Assembly (NCBI RefSeq): GCF_963853765.1
Contig: NC_088854.1
Location: 48,112,001-48,176,000, forward strand
Source of the DNA: Magallana gigas
Lineage: Eukaryota
DNA length: 64,000 bases
Direction of reading: 5' to 3'
Made by a program: the position numbers and the translations under genes. Positions 12,301-52,155 of the stretch are shown piece after piece; within the stretch, counting starts at the first letter, position 1; every line of letters starts with the position of its first letter. The notes below the pieces were generated by a model that ran no database searches, was not told where the DNA came from, and was given only the letters and a program-made list of their open reading frames with translations.

Positions 12301-15300
12301 CCTATCTTGATAATTAGTTTGTACAGATCAGTGTTTGTACCAATATATGAACTGTGATAATGAATTCCCCCTAATCTTGACAATACAGATGAGTTGATTA
12401 CCAATATTAGCACTGTTTCCCTTGTCTCCACTCCTGGTGTAGGCCAGTTCCTCCAGCCTGAAGGAGTAGTCTCCCCCTGGGAGGGGTGTCTCCACCACTC
12501 GGGAGGGAGGTGTGACATTCTGGGTCATGTACTCCGACATAGGGATGTCTGGGAACTGATACTGTTCTACATGTTCACCATTCATGTGGATGTCAACCTG
12601 TCGCATTTAAATAATTCATTATACAAGAAAATCACTACACGACTACATCTTTTTATGAAATCATATGCATGGAATGAATTATAACGGTAATTGATTATAT
12701 ATGTATCAAATTTTCTTCTTTAACACCATGCTCTGTTTCAGTTTAAAACAAACTCATTTAATTCTGATATTGTGGCAACCTTTTACTAAATCAAAATGGT
12801 TATATGTACGAAGAGAAGTTCCGGGGCATTTGCTGAAAGTCTCACAAACATGTTTACCTGGACATTGTTGCGTGGATACAGAAAGGAAAACATCTTCAGC
12901 ACTGGATTTCTGCAAACAAATAGAACATATTAATATAAATAAATGCACAAGTACACAAACCAAATCAACAGTCATACTGGACCAACAACAGATTAAGATT
13001 TATTTTATAAATATTCATATTCTCATATGAAATAATTCAAATTTAAGTAAGAAGAGGTAATTTTGAAAAAAAATAGTTCAACTTCACCAAATGTAAAATA
13101 CATGTGCAGCTAAATATATATACATGTATAAATATATATACCCATATAAAAATTTTTCTGACAGAGTTGCGATCTGGGTACTTACACTCTTGGGCGTCCA
13201 CCAATGATGTTTGTTAATCCTGGAGCTGTGTACGGAACATAGTTTGGATTTGTTAGATATGAATTATCAGCAGATGATTTTTCTACATGTAGTTTCAAAC
13301 AATATCAAAATTTTATACATTAGAAAAAGATTTAAGTTATTCAGGAATTCAAAAGATGAGATTAGATAAATGCAATTGCTGTGCACCAATGTTTAACTAA
13401 GAGGAAAACAACTTGTCATTTTTCTTAAAAACAATGCAATTTGTTTATTATTCAAACACTCTTGATAGGACTAGACCATTCAGCATCATGGGATGATGAA
13501 GAAATGTACGACATAACCCTTTCTTGCAATAATGAAAACCTCATATTAATACCTGGTTGGAACATTTGGCCTAATCCACATTAAAAAACCATGATCAGAA
13601 TACCGGTACACATGATGTCGGTGGGAGATACATACCCATCCCCGTTCCTGCAGGGGCAATTTCTTTGGCAAAAAACTCTAATGCCTTTTTGTCTTTGTGT
13701 TGAACTGCTAACCACATAACAGCATCCCTTACACCCTAATGACAAGGTTATGGATTACATTGGCATAAGATACATGTATATTCCACAGTTAATTAACTCT
13801 TTACCTCTCAATGCCATATTCATAAGATACATCTGTAGTTCGATCAAATGAGACAAATTGACAAACCTTTGGAACTCTACTATGTGGTCCATAGATATGT
13901 TCTGAGCCAAGCACCTCCAGGTTGACTTTCGTGAAATCACTCATATTTAATTGTGAAAAAACTCTTCTACATCTGAAATAAATACATGTACAAAGGTACA
14001 CTGTACTGTAACTATCAAAGTCTTCATTTTTTATTGATACATTGTACCTTTTTTGAACGTTCCTTAAATTTTTCTCTCTTACTGATTCCCCAGTATTTCA
14101 TACAAGTTAAGCTATATTTGTATATTATGTGTAGTTACACAGTTGTCCCAGGTCTAAATTTATGTCTCTTTTTTATAGTTTTCTTAATCAGTACAAATAC
14201 TTATCAGTAAAGAAGAATAAAAATGGATATAAGAAACGATTCTTGGTACTTTTGTTCATTCTAGTGAATGAATATTGTTTTGACACAGAGGCAATTGTGC
14301 ATATCAAAATATGGCTTATCTGCATCTTTGTAATTCCAGATTCTTACTGTCTTGAATGTTGTTAAAATAAATAACATCAATGATGATATGACAAAAATTG
14401 TTTTGAAACAGGGTTTCATCTTATTAATAACCAACCAGTATGCATTCATAAATCAAAGTACTGAAGTACTGACGGGAGTTGATTTTATCAATTATCATTT
14501 ATTACAAAATCAACTTATCTTGCATGGCAATTAGTTTCTAGTCTGTAATATGAATTTTAATTAGACTTTTCAGACAAGAATTTAGAGAAACCCCATATGA
14601 ATCATGTTGTGTAATATTTAAAGATAGATTTCAAACTATGTATTAGTAATCGAAACAATTCTAAAAATTGTATGGATCCAAGCACTATAGATATTGAACT
14701 CCAGTCTCGTTCAACCAGACGCTCAGCTGTCTCCTTTAATCTCCGACAAGCAAGAGAGCCTCTCTGATTGACGGAGATTTACGGAGACAGCCAAGCGTCT
14801 GGTTTAACAAGACTATATTTAACTCTGGCGTAGGCATACATGAGATTACATAAATATCTAAATTATTCGTATTATATAAAATCTTACTATTTTCAAAGTG
14901 TTTATAGATAACTTTCCTTGAAAAACAATGCTTCAGCATACATTACATCAAATTTTTCTATTATATTCAAGAACTAAAACTTGTCAGCAGTGATGATTTG
15001 TGCTTAGGTCCAAACACTGTTTCACTTTCAGTTTGCCAAAGTGACTGCATAGGAGAGTTGATTAAAATCAACTCCCAAAAAACCATAATTGTAAGGGTAC
15101 AGAATACAGACTACACTTGCCTTTTAAGGATTTCTTCAGCTGTTTTTTCTGCTTTAGCCTTGGAATTGACACCACCCACGCAAGCTACAGCAGTGGCTCT
15201 GAATCCACTGGGATATATGGTACAAACCTGATTAGTGTAAAAGCAATGTGTGTTATGGCACAGAATAGTTATAGAAATTAAATATTTGACAAATTAAGTT

Positions 15301-18300
15301 TAAGATAAAAGAAACGATGAAATTCAAAAGTAATCTTAAGCAAGATATGGAGATCGAGTAAGTAAATGTAGCACAATTAGGATCTTATTTTGACCTTGAA
15401 CTCCCCGGTAGGAGGATGACCTTTGGCCCCTGAGACATAAACAGCTGTACCATCAGGCGCTACAATGCAATATCATTATAGAGTTCAGTCTAAATTGTGT
15501 TATACAGTAGTTTGAATAACACAATAAATATAGAGGTCAGCTTAAGGTCGTACTGTCAAATTCATCCAGCTGTACTTGAGAGAAATCACAGCAGACGTCA
15601 GGGAGCATGTAGTGCTCTGGGTCCCCTATCTCATACACCAGCTGCTCGCTGACCGTCCCCCTGTTCACCAGACCCCCTGTTGCCTTTGGTTTGGTGACAA
15701 TGAATCCACCATTGGAGGCACACTCCACAATAGGAAATCCAATGTGGTCCCTGTCACAGATTGAGTATCGTTATACAAGCATTTACAGTTGGTAATTTTA
15801 GAGAACTACACACCTAATGCATTTCACCAAAATAAGCTCAATATATGCTACAACCAAAAAGGAGCTTTCAATTTTAAAATCCAAGGGCTATAACACTGTT
15901 AAAATTAACTGAACTTTAGCAGATTACATAATTTGTATGAAAAGTAACTTACCAGTCGGGTACCTTATCCCAGTCTGTGAAAATTCCTCCGGTGACCTGA
16001 GCCCCACACTCTACCAAATGACCTGCAAGACTGTAAAAATCAACACAATATCATTAAAAATGCACAATCAGCAACTCTTACCATTCTCATGTACTCAATT
16101 GAATTATAACCAAAATAAAGAAAACCCTCTCCAAATTGATAAATATTCCTTGAAAATGTAAAGTAAAGTATTGAATGGCCAGGAAATGATTTTCAGCAAT
16201 ATCAATTTATGTACCGGTATTGGTACATGTATGTAACAATAACACATGTCTTTATTAATATACAGTCGCGTAATTTGCACACACCTTCCTGCAGCAAGAC
16301 TATTGAAATCTTTCCAATCCCATCCGAACTAGAAATATATAAATCAACTAAAAATCATGTGCCTTAAGGAATAAACATTTAAAAACCTCAATTTCTTTTC
16401 AAAATTATGTGTATTGCATTATCACATTTTAAGCAACAATCCCATAATGATAACATAGTACTAAATTCAAGCAATGAATTTTTTAGTGAAATTTTCACAT
16501 TATAGTAAGCAAATTCCAATAACATATCTTATAACTTCAGCCAATTGAATCACAAAAGAATTTCATGTAGAAAGTAATACACAAAAATTAATGTGAAATT
16601 TCATGCATTTTCAAGTTATCTGTATTTCACATTAAAATTTTTATGTAAAATTTGGATGTAATTATTGCAGTTTATCAGTCTTAAAATTAAGTTAAGTACA
16701 AGTTTAAAAACTATTTTTTTTCCCATCATCACAGACAGGCAAACTTACTGTGTGTACAAGAGGTCCTAACACTACAGCACTGTCTACACAGCGGCCTGTG
16801 ATCACAACATCAGCTCCAAGGTCCAGGGCTCGAGCAATGGGGCCTGCCCTGTAACAAAACAATCCAAGTATCCAATTAATAAAACTACCTATACAGGACC
16901 ATTACTACTGTAAATTCCTTATTTGTTGCGAGTACTGGTGCTTAATTCCGCAATTCAACTGTTTTGTATTAAATCATGGGAATATAAAATCGTGAGCACC
17001 ATTTTTTTGTTATAATTCCTAAAGTTCAAAACTGTCTGAAAAATAACAGCATGATTTTATAATCGGTGAGGGTTGCTTCTCGCGATTTTTAGCAGATGTT
17101 AATTCCTTGCCTTTAATAAGGAATCTACAGTAGCTAATGGTCCCTGTAATCTGGGATAGAACATGCAAGTAATAAATTTACACATATTACCCAATGTAGG
17201 CATTCATGCTGACCACTGCTTTTGGAAATGATTGACCAGACTGCATATCTATTATACAGTCATCTTGGAGACTCTTCAACTGAAATGAAATTAAAAAGGT
17301 AATGAAAATCCTTTTTCTCTAAATTTATAATTTGCTTGGACCATCATAGATTTGTGTGGTGTGTGTGTGTGAGGGTATGTCTGTCACTCTAATCAAGACT
17401 TTTACCTTTGGCATGAGATCATCACCAGTGACAACAGCAACATTTAGATTGACCCCTGCAACCTCACATACTTTTTTCAGTGCAGCAGCACAACCATGAG
17501 GATTTACTCCCCCTGCATTGCTTACAACCTTTATTCCTTAAAAATATAACACAAGAGTATAATATCTTAAAACACAGTCATAGAGAAAATGCTCAAAAAG
17601 AATTCATGCTTACATCAGTTTCATTTCCCTAATCTTTAAAGTGTATATTAAAAACTGATCGTACATTATGAATTATGCTTATAACATATAAAAATTGCTT
17701 GTCCCTGGCATTTCACTATATTAACCCTATTTAACTGTAGTTTCTTAAAGTATACCTTTATCATAAATAAGTAATCTGTAATTCAATCACACATAGACCT
17801 TTATTGCCTACCTTGTCTTTTGATATCTTTGATAAATGGTGCCATGGCTACTGTAATGAAATCTGGAGCATATCCCATCTCCTGTTAAAAATATGAAAAT
17901 AATCAACAGTCAAAATAATTCTAACCAACCTAGGAATAAGTTTATTGGTTGATTTATAGTCTACAAAATATAGTGCCTTTGTGGTTATAAGCAAACAGCT
18001 TGTTACTGTTATAGGCATTCCAAGATAACATGTTGTACAGTAATATAAAATCAACCTACTGCCAATGAAAAATGTTACATAGAGAGGGTTAAGCAAAATT
18101 ATGTTGCATCTGCAGGTAGGGGATGGAGAAAAGAAAGTTTAGGGGATTAACCCTCACTCTTTTTTTGTCTTCACTGGACAGAAACCTTCTATTGAAATAT
18201 GACCAATTTACTGTTTGGATGCAGAGTCATTATAAAAGGGCAACTTAATTAGTATCACGTCTAGTTAGTGTACAAATACAACCAGTGTATCACCATGATC

Positions 18301-19454
18301 ACAGGGAAAGGAATTTCAGAAAACAATGCATATATGCAATATATACATTTATCAAAAAATTCTTTTTTTCACAAAGTTTACAAAACTTATTACAAATATG
18401 AATGTTTTGATTTACATATAAGTAAAAATAAACCACATACATTGTTCTTATGCTTTGCCCCAACAAGTAGAGACATTGTGACCTCAGCCAGATAGTCATA
18501 GACCAAGTAATCAATCTTCCCTCCATAGATAAGTTGTGGGGCTGGAAGAAAATTATATTATACAATAATAGTATTCAATCAAAAATTACAATATTATATA
18601 CGATTTCTTAATTTCAATTTAAATACTCCAATATACAGTAAACATATTATATTTAGCTTATACAATATTTGGCAGAAAATGACTGTGCAACAGGTTAAAT
18701 AAACGTAGATTTGAATACACCAATGATAATACTAAAGTAATTTGTAAATTGTGCACTGCTCATTTTAAATATACTGAAATCACTTTGGACATGCGGTAAT
18801 GCATCAATAAATTGAATATATTTTAAACCCTTTTTCATGTTTTCATTGAGTTACAATGTATTGTGATCTGTATCATATTGCATTTCAGTACTAGCTATTA
18901 TGATGATGTACCGAATTGGCAAAGCACAGTTTTGGCCAAGCCCTAAATCAAGTTATTCTGAATAGCTTATTAAAGCTATATAGCTTATTCAAGATATAAA
19001 CAGAACAAGCTATATACATGATGCTAAATCAAGAGATTGTTCTGGACCTGTTGATATGTGATATTTCAACTGTTTTGTAGCTCTATAGGCAATATCTTAA
19101 ACATTAGCAATAAACATTTGATTTATTATTATTCATTTAAGATTAATCATCAATTAATTCCAGTTCATAAAATTTAATCCACCACGATTTTTCTAACATA
19201 AAATTTTAAAAAAATATTAATTAAGGGGGCCAAATTTCCACGTAACGAATTGACTTATCTCGGGTAAACAACGTACTCGAAACAGAGGTATCCCCCCAAA
19301 AACCACTTGCGCATCCTATTCTGACAGTCTTTCCTGGTAAATAATCAGAGTATCTCCTTTTCTCATATCTGAATTGCAGATATGAAGAACAAGGCAATGT
19401 TTTGCATTTGTAATTTCTAAAAGCATTAAATATTTGCGGTGTGAGTAGTTTCAT
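9324..19454 (-). CDS. AtuA/DUF1446 family (acyclic terpene utilisation protein A-like) protein, 19 exons, 653 aa, probably mitochondrial
   Basis: Exons in transcript order (minus strand): 19277-19454, 18441-18541, 17812-17881, 17406-17536, 17191-17279, 16749-16848, 16285-16328, 15953-16030, 15554-15750, 15395-15459, 15121-15227, 13867-13972, 13636-13735, 13186-13225, 12858-12909, 12402-12597, 12010-12136, 9884-9974, 9324-9413. Total 1962 nt, all splice phases compatible, one GC donor. AtuA-family motifs: [137 protein letters not shown]. The basic, acid-poor N-terminus resembles a mitochondrial presequence (inference). Confidence 0.92.
10444..10476 (+). promoter_or_regulatory. TATA box plus initiator core promoter of the nested 130-aa gene
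   Basis: TATATAAG at 10444-10451 matches TATAWAAR. Inr-like TCATTA at 10471-10476 puts +1 (A10473) 29 nt after the first T of the TATA box. The ATG lies 56 nt downstream. Confidence 0.55.
10529..11348 (+). CDS. Uncharacterised small basic protein (130 aa), 2 coding exons, nested antisense in intron 17 of the AtuA-like gene
   Basis: Exon 1 is 10529-10610 (aaaACCATGG start context, in-frame stop upstream at 10448, donor AG|GTAGG, phase 1). Exon 2 is 11038-11348 (acceptor tttcag|, ends TAG). Joined product: [49 protein letters not shown]...[42 protein letters not shown]. Exon 2 is GC-rich at third codon positions against AT-rich intron. No family recognised. Confidence 0.75.
11783..11860 (+). 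mobile_element. Truncated end of a TTAA-type MITE
   Basis: ttaa|aggggcatggtcacga resembles the terminus of the 3410 element. No partner TIR found. Confidence 0.35.
14703..14814. mobile_element. Palindromic 112-bp MITE in AtuA intron 11
   Basis: 32-bp arms agtctcgttcaaccagacgctcagctgtctcc / ggagacagccaagcgtctggtttaacaagact (4 mismatches), plus an inner inverted pair aatctccg / cggagatt. Confidence 0.7.
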
Positions 19455-19660
19455 TTTCACTTCAGCCGTCTGCTGACAGGAAGTTCAAGTCGCACATGCG
19501 CACTACATCATATGACAAGTTTCGTCACTTCTGGCCAAAATGGATGACAGCATCATCTTTACAGACGGATAATAATTTTATGGTCCTACAACTGATGGAT
19601 GCGTAATTGCATCCTTTTGAAGATTATTCTTATCGAATTAGTATAAAAAACGTAAAAATC
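19455..19660. promoter_or_regulatory. Bidirectional promoter / 5'UTR interval shared by the AtuA-like and JIP3/4 genes
   Basis: The two ATGs (19454 minus, 19661 plus) are 206 bp apart. The interval is CpG-containing and has an ETS/GABP-like CAGGAAGT (19477-19484), an NRF1-like CGCACATGCGCA (19491-19502) and a YY1-like CAAAATGG (19536-19543). Confidence 0.65.
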
Positions 19661-46944
<27,284 letters not shown>

Positions 46945-49190
46945 TCAGGGGGCCAGGGAGACGGACCAGGTGGTCAGTATCTGGGGGGTCACTGTGTCGA
47001 CTCTCGGGACAGAGACCTGCATCATTCCTTAGCACAGTGTAGAGCAGGTCAAGGGCATCGTAAACCAGTCAGATGTCAATGTATAACAAATGCTGTATGT
47101 GTGTGTGCATACATTACAACTTAATGTATGTCGCTTCAGGTTAAATGCTTGACCTCATTTAAAAAAAGAACTACTATATTCGAGCTGATGCTATTTGTGT
47201 ATTTATACATCACTACACGAATCATTTGAGCCTGCTATGAAAGGCGATATTCTGTTTCAACAGCTTGTATGATAATGTATCTAAAGCAGTGATCTCTGTT
47301 GTAAAGTCCATATTTTTGTTCAAAATCGTGGCATTCAATTTTAAAGAAAAGGAACAAAGATTTTATTGTATATCCATCTAATAATGAGCTGAGAAAGAGA
47401 ATTTTGAGAGATACATGGCATTTCTAATACAGTCTTACTCGGTTTAATCCATATATTCATGTGCAATATATATCTTGTTGACATTTCAGATTTTATTTAT
47501 AGTCATTTTTTTTAATGTTACATGTGTTTATTTATTGATTAAGGAGGAAATGTATTCAGAAAAGAACATGGTACATGTATAGCAGAGGGCAGTACTAAGT
47601 ATGCATGTACATGCTCAGAATTCATTGTCTATTATTTTATCGGTAGTTTTCTTCCTTGTTTCCAAGAAAACCTTGTTATTTTAGACTTAGTATAAATAGG
47701 TACAGTTTTTACCCCTTGACAGCTTAATTATCCCCGAGTTGTTCAGTTAATTTGTGTAACAAAAGAGCCAGGTGTTTTGTTAGTCATAATAATTCATGGC
47801 AAAAATAAACAAGGTCAGGACATCTTTCCGGGGGAAGAAATCAACAGAGCACATGACGCATGACAAACTCCAGCAGATCTGACATGTTATTTTCCTTTTT
47901 GTTGTTGTTTAAAAGACTCTTATTTTGAATTTATTTGTTTCAGTGGATTTTGTTACTGGGTTTGTGTTATTAGTTTTTATAAACCTGAATCTTGTATTTA
48001 AAAGCTTTAATTAAGAAGAGTGTCAATATTTTACTAAAAACAAACATTGTATTTATCCAGTTACCAGTATATTTTAGAGTAAGGAATTTAAAAGTTTTTT
48101 AAGTTTCCTAAGAATTTTAGGATGCCAGAGTTTTTAAGTACACTGTACTTGACTGTGTATGTAATAATTACATCTGGTTGAATTAAGAGTTGGGAATAAG
48201 ACATGTTACTTATACATGGATTTCACATGTAGGATTGGATATGGATGATGTCATGTAGAATAATGTCAAGCATAAATTGTATGCAGTGTGCTACATGATC
48301 AAATGTATATTTATGTGTTTCATGAGGAATACTATGTATGTTGTCAAAGCATGTTAAAGATACTGAGCTTAATTTATGATGATCCTGAATAAAGCTGCAA
48401 TTTCATCAGAGAGAGTTTGTTGATGACCAATCAAACACACTGTATACGAACAACATGCCTTTTTAGATATGAATATGGTGGCATCTGATTTTATTGAAGG
48501 GTTGAGTTTTCTATCCACGCACCTTGAGGTCCATATGAAAAACCTTTTACACCACAGCCTCTTATGATTCAACTGATCCTATGTCATTTTTAAAATATGA
48601 ATTATGACATCGCAGTGCAGTATAACCACTGCAGATTGATGCAAACTTGATAAATACAGATATGTGTAGTTCACCAAATAATGGATAGTCTGTCCACACA
48701 GAGAGAGTCTTTAAACTCTCTTCATCAGATGCATGTTTAGCAAAGTGGGTTTTCACAAGCGCTCACCAAAATTCCCTTTGCTTGTAACACAAATTTGGTG
48801 ACCGTTTGCAAGCACCTGCTCTGCTGAACATGCATTAGGAGTTTGGAATTATCCAAACCAATTTTGAATTGGGACAAGGTGTGAAAGCTTGAATTGCATT
48901 CTACTTTAAGTGATCAAGAAACAGACCTACAAGGTTTTCAAGTAACTGATTAAGGAGGCTGGGTTCTCAACAAATTTCTAATCAGAGTTACCTGAAGTTT
49001 TCTTAGCCAAAAACATAATGGACTATTTTCTTATATTGTTATACAAAGTTCTCATCAAAGAGTCTAAATGTAACAATGCCCATACAACATTTTTAAAGAA
49101 ATGGGTAAAGTACCTTGTCCAAATAAAGCACAATTTATGCCTTGTAGGTATTTTGCTATAGTAAAATATCATTTTTTGGTATGTTCACTA

Positions 49191-49890
49191 TACTAAAATG
49201 CTAGGACCTAGTCAACCAGTTTACCAAAATTCTATGACCTATCATACCATTGAACTAAAATGTTAGGATCTAGGTAACTAGTGTACCATAATGCTAGTAC
49301 CAAATATACCAGTGTACCAAAATACAAGGACCTAGTATACCAAAATTCTAGGACCTATCATACCAGTGTACCAAAATGCTAGGACCTTGATAACCAGTGT
49401 ACCAAACTGCTAGAACCTAGCTAGTATTCCAGTGTACCAAAATGCAAGGACCTAGTATACCAAAAATCTAGGACCTATCATACCAGTGTATCATAATGCT
49501 AGTACCTATATAACCAGTGTACCACAATACTAGGACCTATTAATCCAGTGTACCAAAATTCCAGGACCTATCATACCAGTGTACCAAGTGCTTTTACCTA
49601 TGTAACCAGTGTACCAAAATTCTAGGATCTTTCATACCAGTGCACCAAAACGCTAGGACCTAGATAACTAGTGTACCAAAATGCTTGTATCCAGTTTATC
49701 AATGTACCAAAATTCTAGAACCTAAATAAACACTTGCCCACTGTATCAAAATGCTAGTACCCATGCACTGTACCAGAATACTAGTACCCAGTATACCAGT
49801 GTACCAAAAAGCTAGGTCTAAGATAAACAGTGTACTATAATGCTAGTACCCAGTATAGCACTAACAGTAATTAATGCTGGTACCCTGTAT
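49191..49890. repeat. 31-bp minisatellite, roughly 20 degenerate copies
   Basis: Consensus about ccagtgtaccaaaatgctaggacctatcata. Anchor at 49363, 49394, 49429, 49483, 49514, 49545, 49576, 49606 and 49637. Confidence 0.85.
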
Positions 49891-50526
49891 GGCCTAGAAA
49901 TATGTAAGTAAATTTATGCAATGTGTGCATGCAGTAAGCGTGTCTCTAACAAAACAAAAAACAAAAACAGACAAAGGACCATTTATCACCTTTTTAATTA
50001 TCTATCATTACTTACTTACTTACATCCAAGTACCATATAAAAATGATTTTTTTTAATAAGCCCACTATAAATTATGATAACGAACCACCGTTATTATGAA
50101 TAATAATTATTTACGTAAATTTTACATGCATTTGTAGTATACAATTTATAAAAAAAAAACCCAGAGACGTTTGGTGATTAATTAAGGTCTTATCATGTTT
50201 TGCTTGACAATATTTCGCTACAGAGGAGTGTTGCTTTCATTTAGAGCAAAAAAAAAAAAAAAAGAATCAAGTGTTTCAAATAAAAAAGAGAGTTTTTCGT
50301 TTGATTCTTGTTGTTATTTTAACTGATGTAAGACAAAAACAGCGACAGTTTAATTTGTTTTTTCGTTGATACTATGACTAATCGAAGTCTGTAATTATTG
50401 AGTCAATGACTGTACAAACTGGATTTCAAAAATGATATTGCAGTTCGTAATTTACTATCTATACATGTATAAATTTTCACACTTAACATAGCAGCAAGCA
50501 ATAATGTAGCTATAGCCCTCAGTCCC

Positions 50527-50559
<33 letters not shown>

Positions 50560-50657
50560 CATACGTACCCCGGTAAGTTTTCTTTTTAATAATTGGTCAT
50601 GGTAAATATGTGGCATTATGATATCGATACAGTTACTATTAATGTAAATGTGATATA

Positions 50658-50876
50658 CTAATGTGAATCATTAGAATTCGTGGTGGCTCAATTTTCGTGG
50701 TATTCGTGGGTAGCCCTCCCCCATAAATTTAAACCCTCAATGAAAACAATTTTAGACAGAGTTATCTTTGTTACTGAAACAGTAACCGACGCATCCACGA
50801 AATTACATCCCCACGAATGAACAAAGAATTCACAATCCACGAAAATTGGCCCCCACGAATTTAAATGAGTCCACAG
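50658..50876. mobile_element. TA-flanked MITE upstream of ADCY9
   Basis: ~40-bp imperfect TIRs (gtgaatcattagaattcgtggtggctcaattttcgtgg / ccacgaaaattggcccccacgaatttaaatgagtccacag), internal ccacga repeats, TA on both sides. Confidence 0.7.
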
Positions 50877-52155
50877 TAGTATGTTTTTTTTTGTTTTTTC
50901 TTTTCGTTTTGTTTTTGTTTTGTATTATTTTTTTGTTTTTTGTTTGTTTTGTTAAAGCAAAATTGAGCACACATAACCAAAGGCATAGATACATGTAAAT
51001 AAATGTTATTAATGTCTCTGACATAACTGATGTATTCTATCGGAGACATAAATACCATTTTATTTCTGTCTCTGATTCTATCAATAAGCTTGAATTTAAA
51101 TTTAATATTTTACTAAGAAAATAAAAAAATGTATATATCGTTCATTTATTTAAAAATCGCAATTAAGATTGAAGTTAAATTGATTTTTTTTTTCATGTCT
51201 AAATGTAGCAAACATCAGTAACTTCAACAAAATATGCAAACTCAGCACCGTGTCAATGTGCAATATTTTTAGAGCTTGTAAATTCCATTATTGTTTGGGT
51301 GGCTGCTTCAAATATGCAAATTTATGTCTCACATTTGCTTTTTTTATCTGTTTAAATTTTGCACCCTCATATACTTCAACCGTTGGATACACTGGCCCGG
51401 GGCACGGCTGACAAAGGTCAAATCCACAACGTAAGTTAAATTTAGAACGGGATGTTTATTTATAGCAACTAAATTTATTTCATTTGCTCGCCGCACAAGA
51501 TTGTAATCGTGGACGTATGTTGTGCATAAAATTGAGGAAATTTACGGTATACTGTGATTCATCTTGACGAAACCAAAATTCTTAGCTGGTAGTGAATTTT
51601 ATCATCCACAGAATCGAGTGCGCCCATTGCGGAATATACTTTGTGCACATTGATTGTAAAACCGAGTCCGTCCCCATTGTGACCTTGTTCCGCTTTGATA
51701 TGCTGAGACAACTCTACATGACCCCATCTAAGCAGATGAAAAACGTATATTTATACAAGTCTTGGCAAATGGTATTAAGACTTTCTTGTATACACAGGTA
51801 GTATGGATTAATTATTAATGGCTTTCAAACACCGGCCTCTACGAACTCTCGGTAAACACACACACTCGATCTCATTCATCGACATAACTCGAAGCGCCGC
51901 TGAGCCAACAACACGGAAAAGATAGGCAAATATATGTTATTGTAGGAAGGTGTCGGACAACGTACAGTTCATGATGTGGATTATATCTCCGACTTGAGAA
52001 AGCTCGTACCTGCGTGTATGTGTATATTATACGTGGTCTGTAAGGTAATGTACATGGACTGTGCATTTCTCGACGAACAGCGAAATAAAATGGATCTTAG
52101 CGGGCACCTGCCCTAGAGTGTTTACAGTGCATGTTCTTGGAATTCTAGATAAAAA

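Noticed and set aside
48369-49170. Moderately coding-like block downstream of JIP (67- and 64-aa minus ORFs)
   Set aside because: Multiple stops in all frames and no recognisable family. Possibly an old retroelement fragment.
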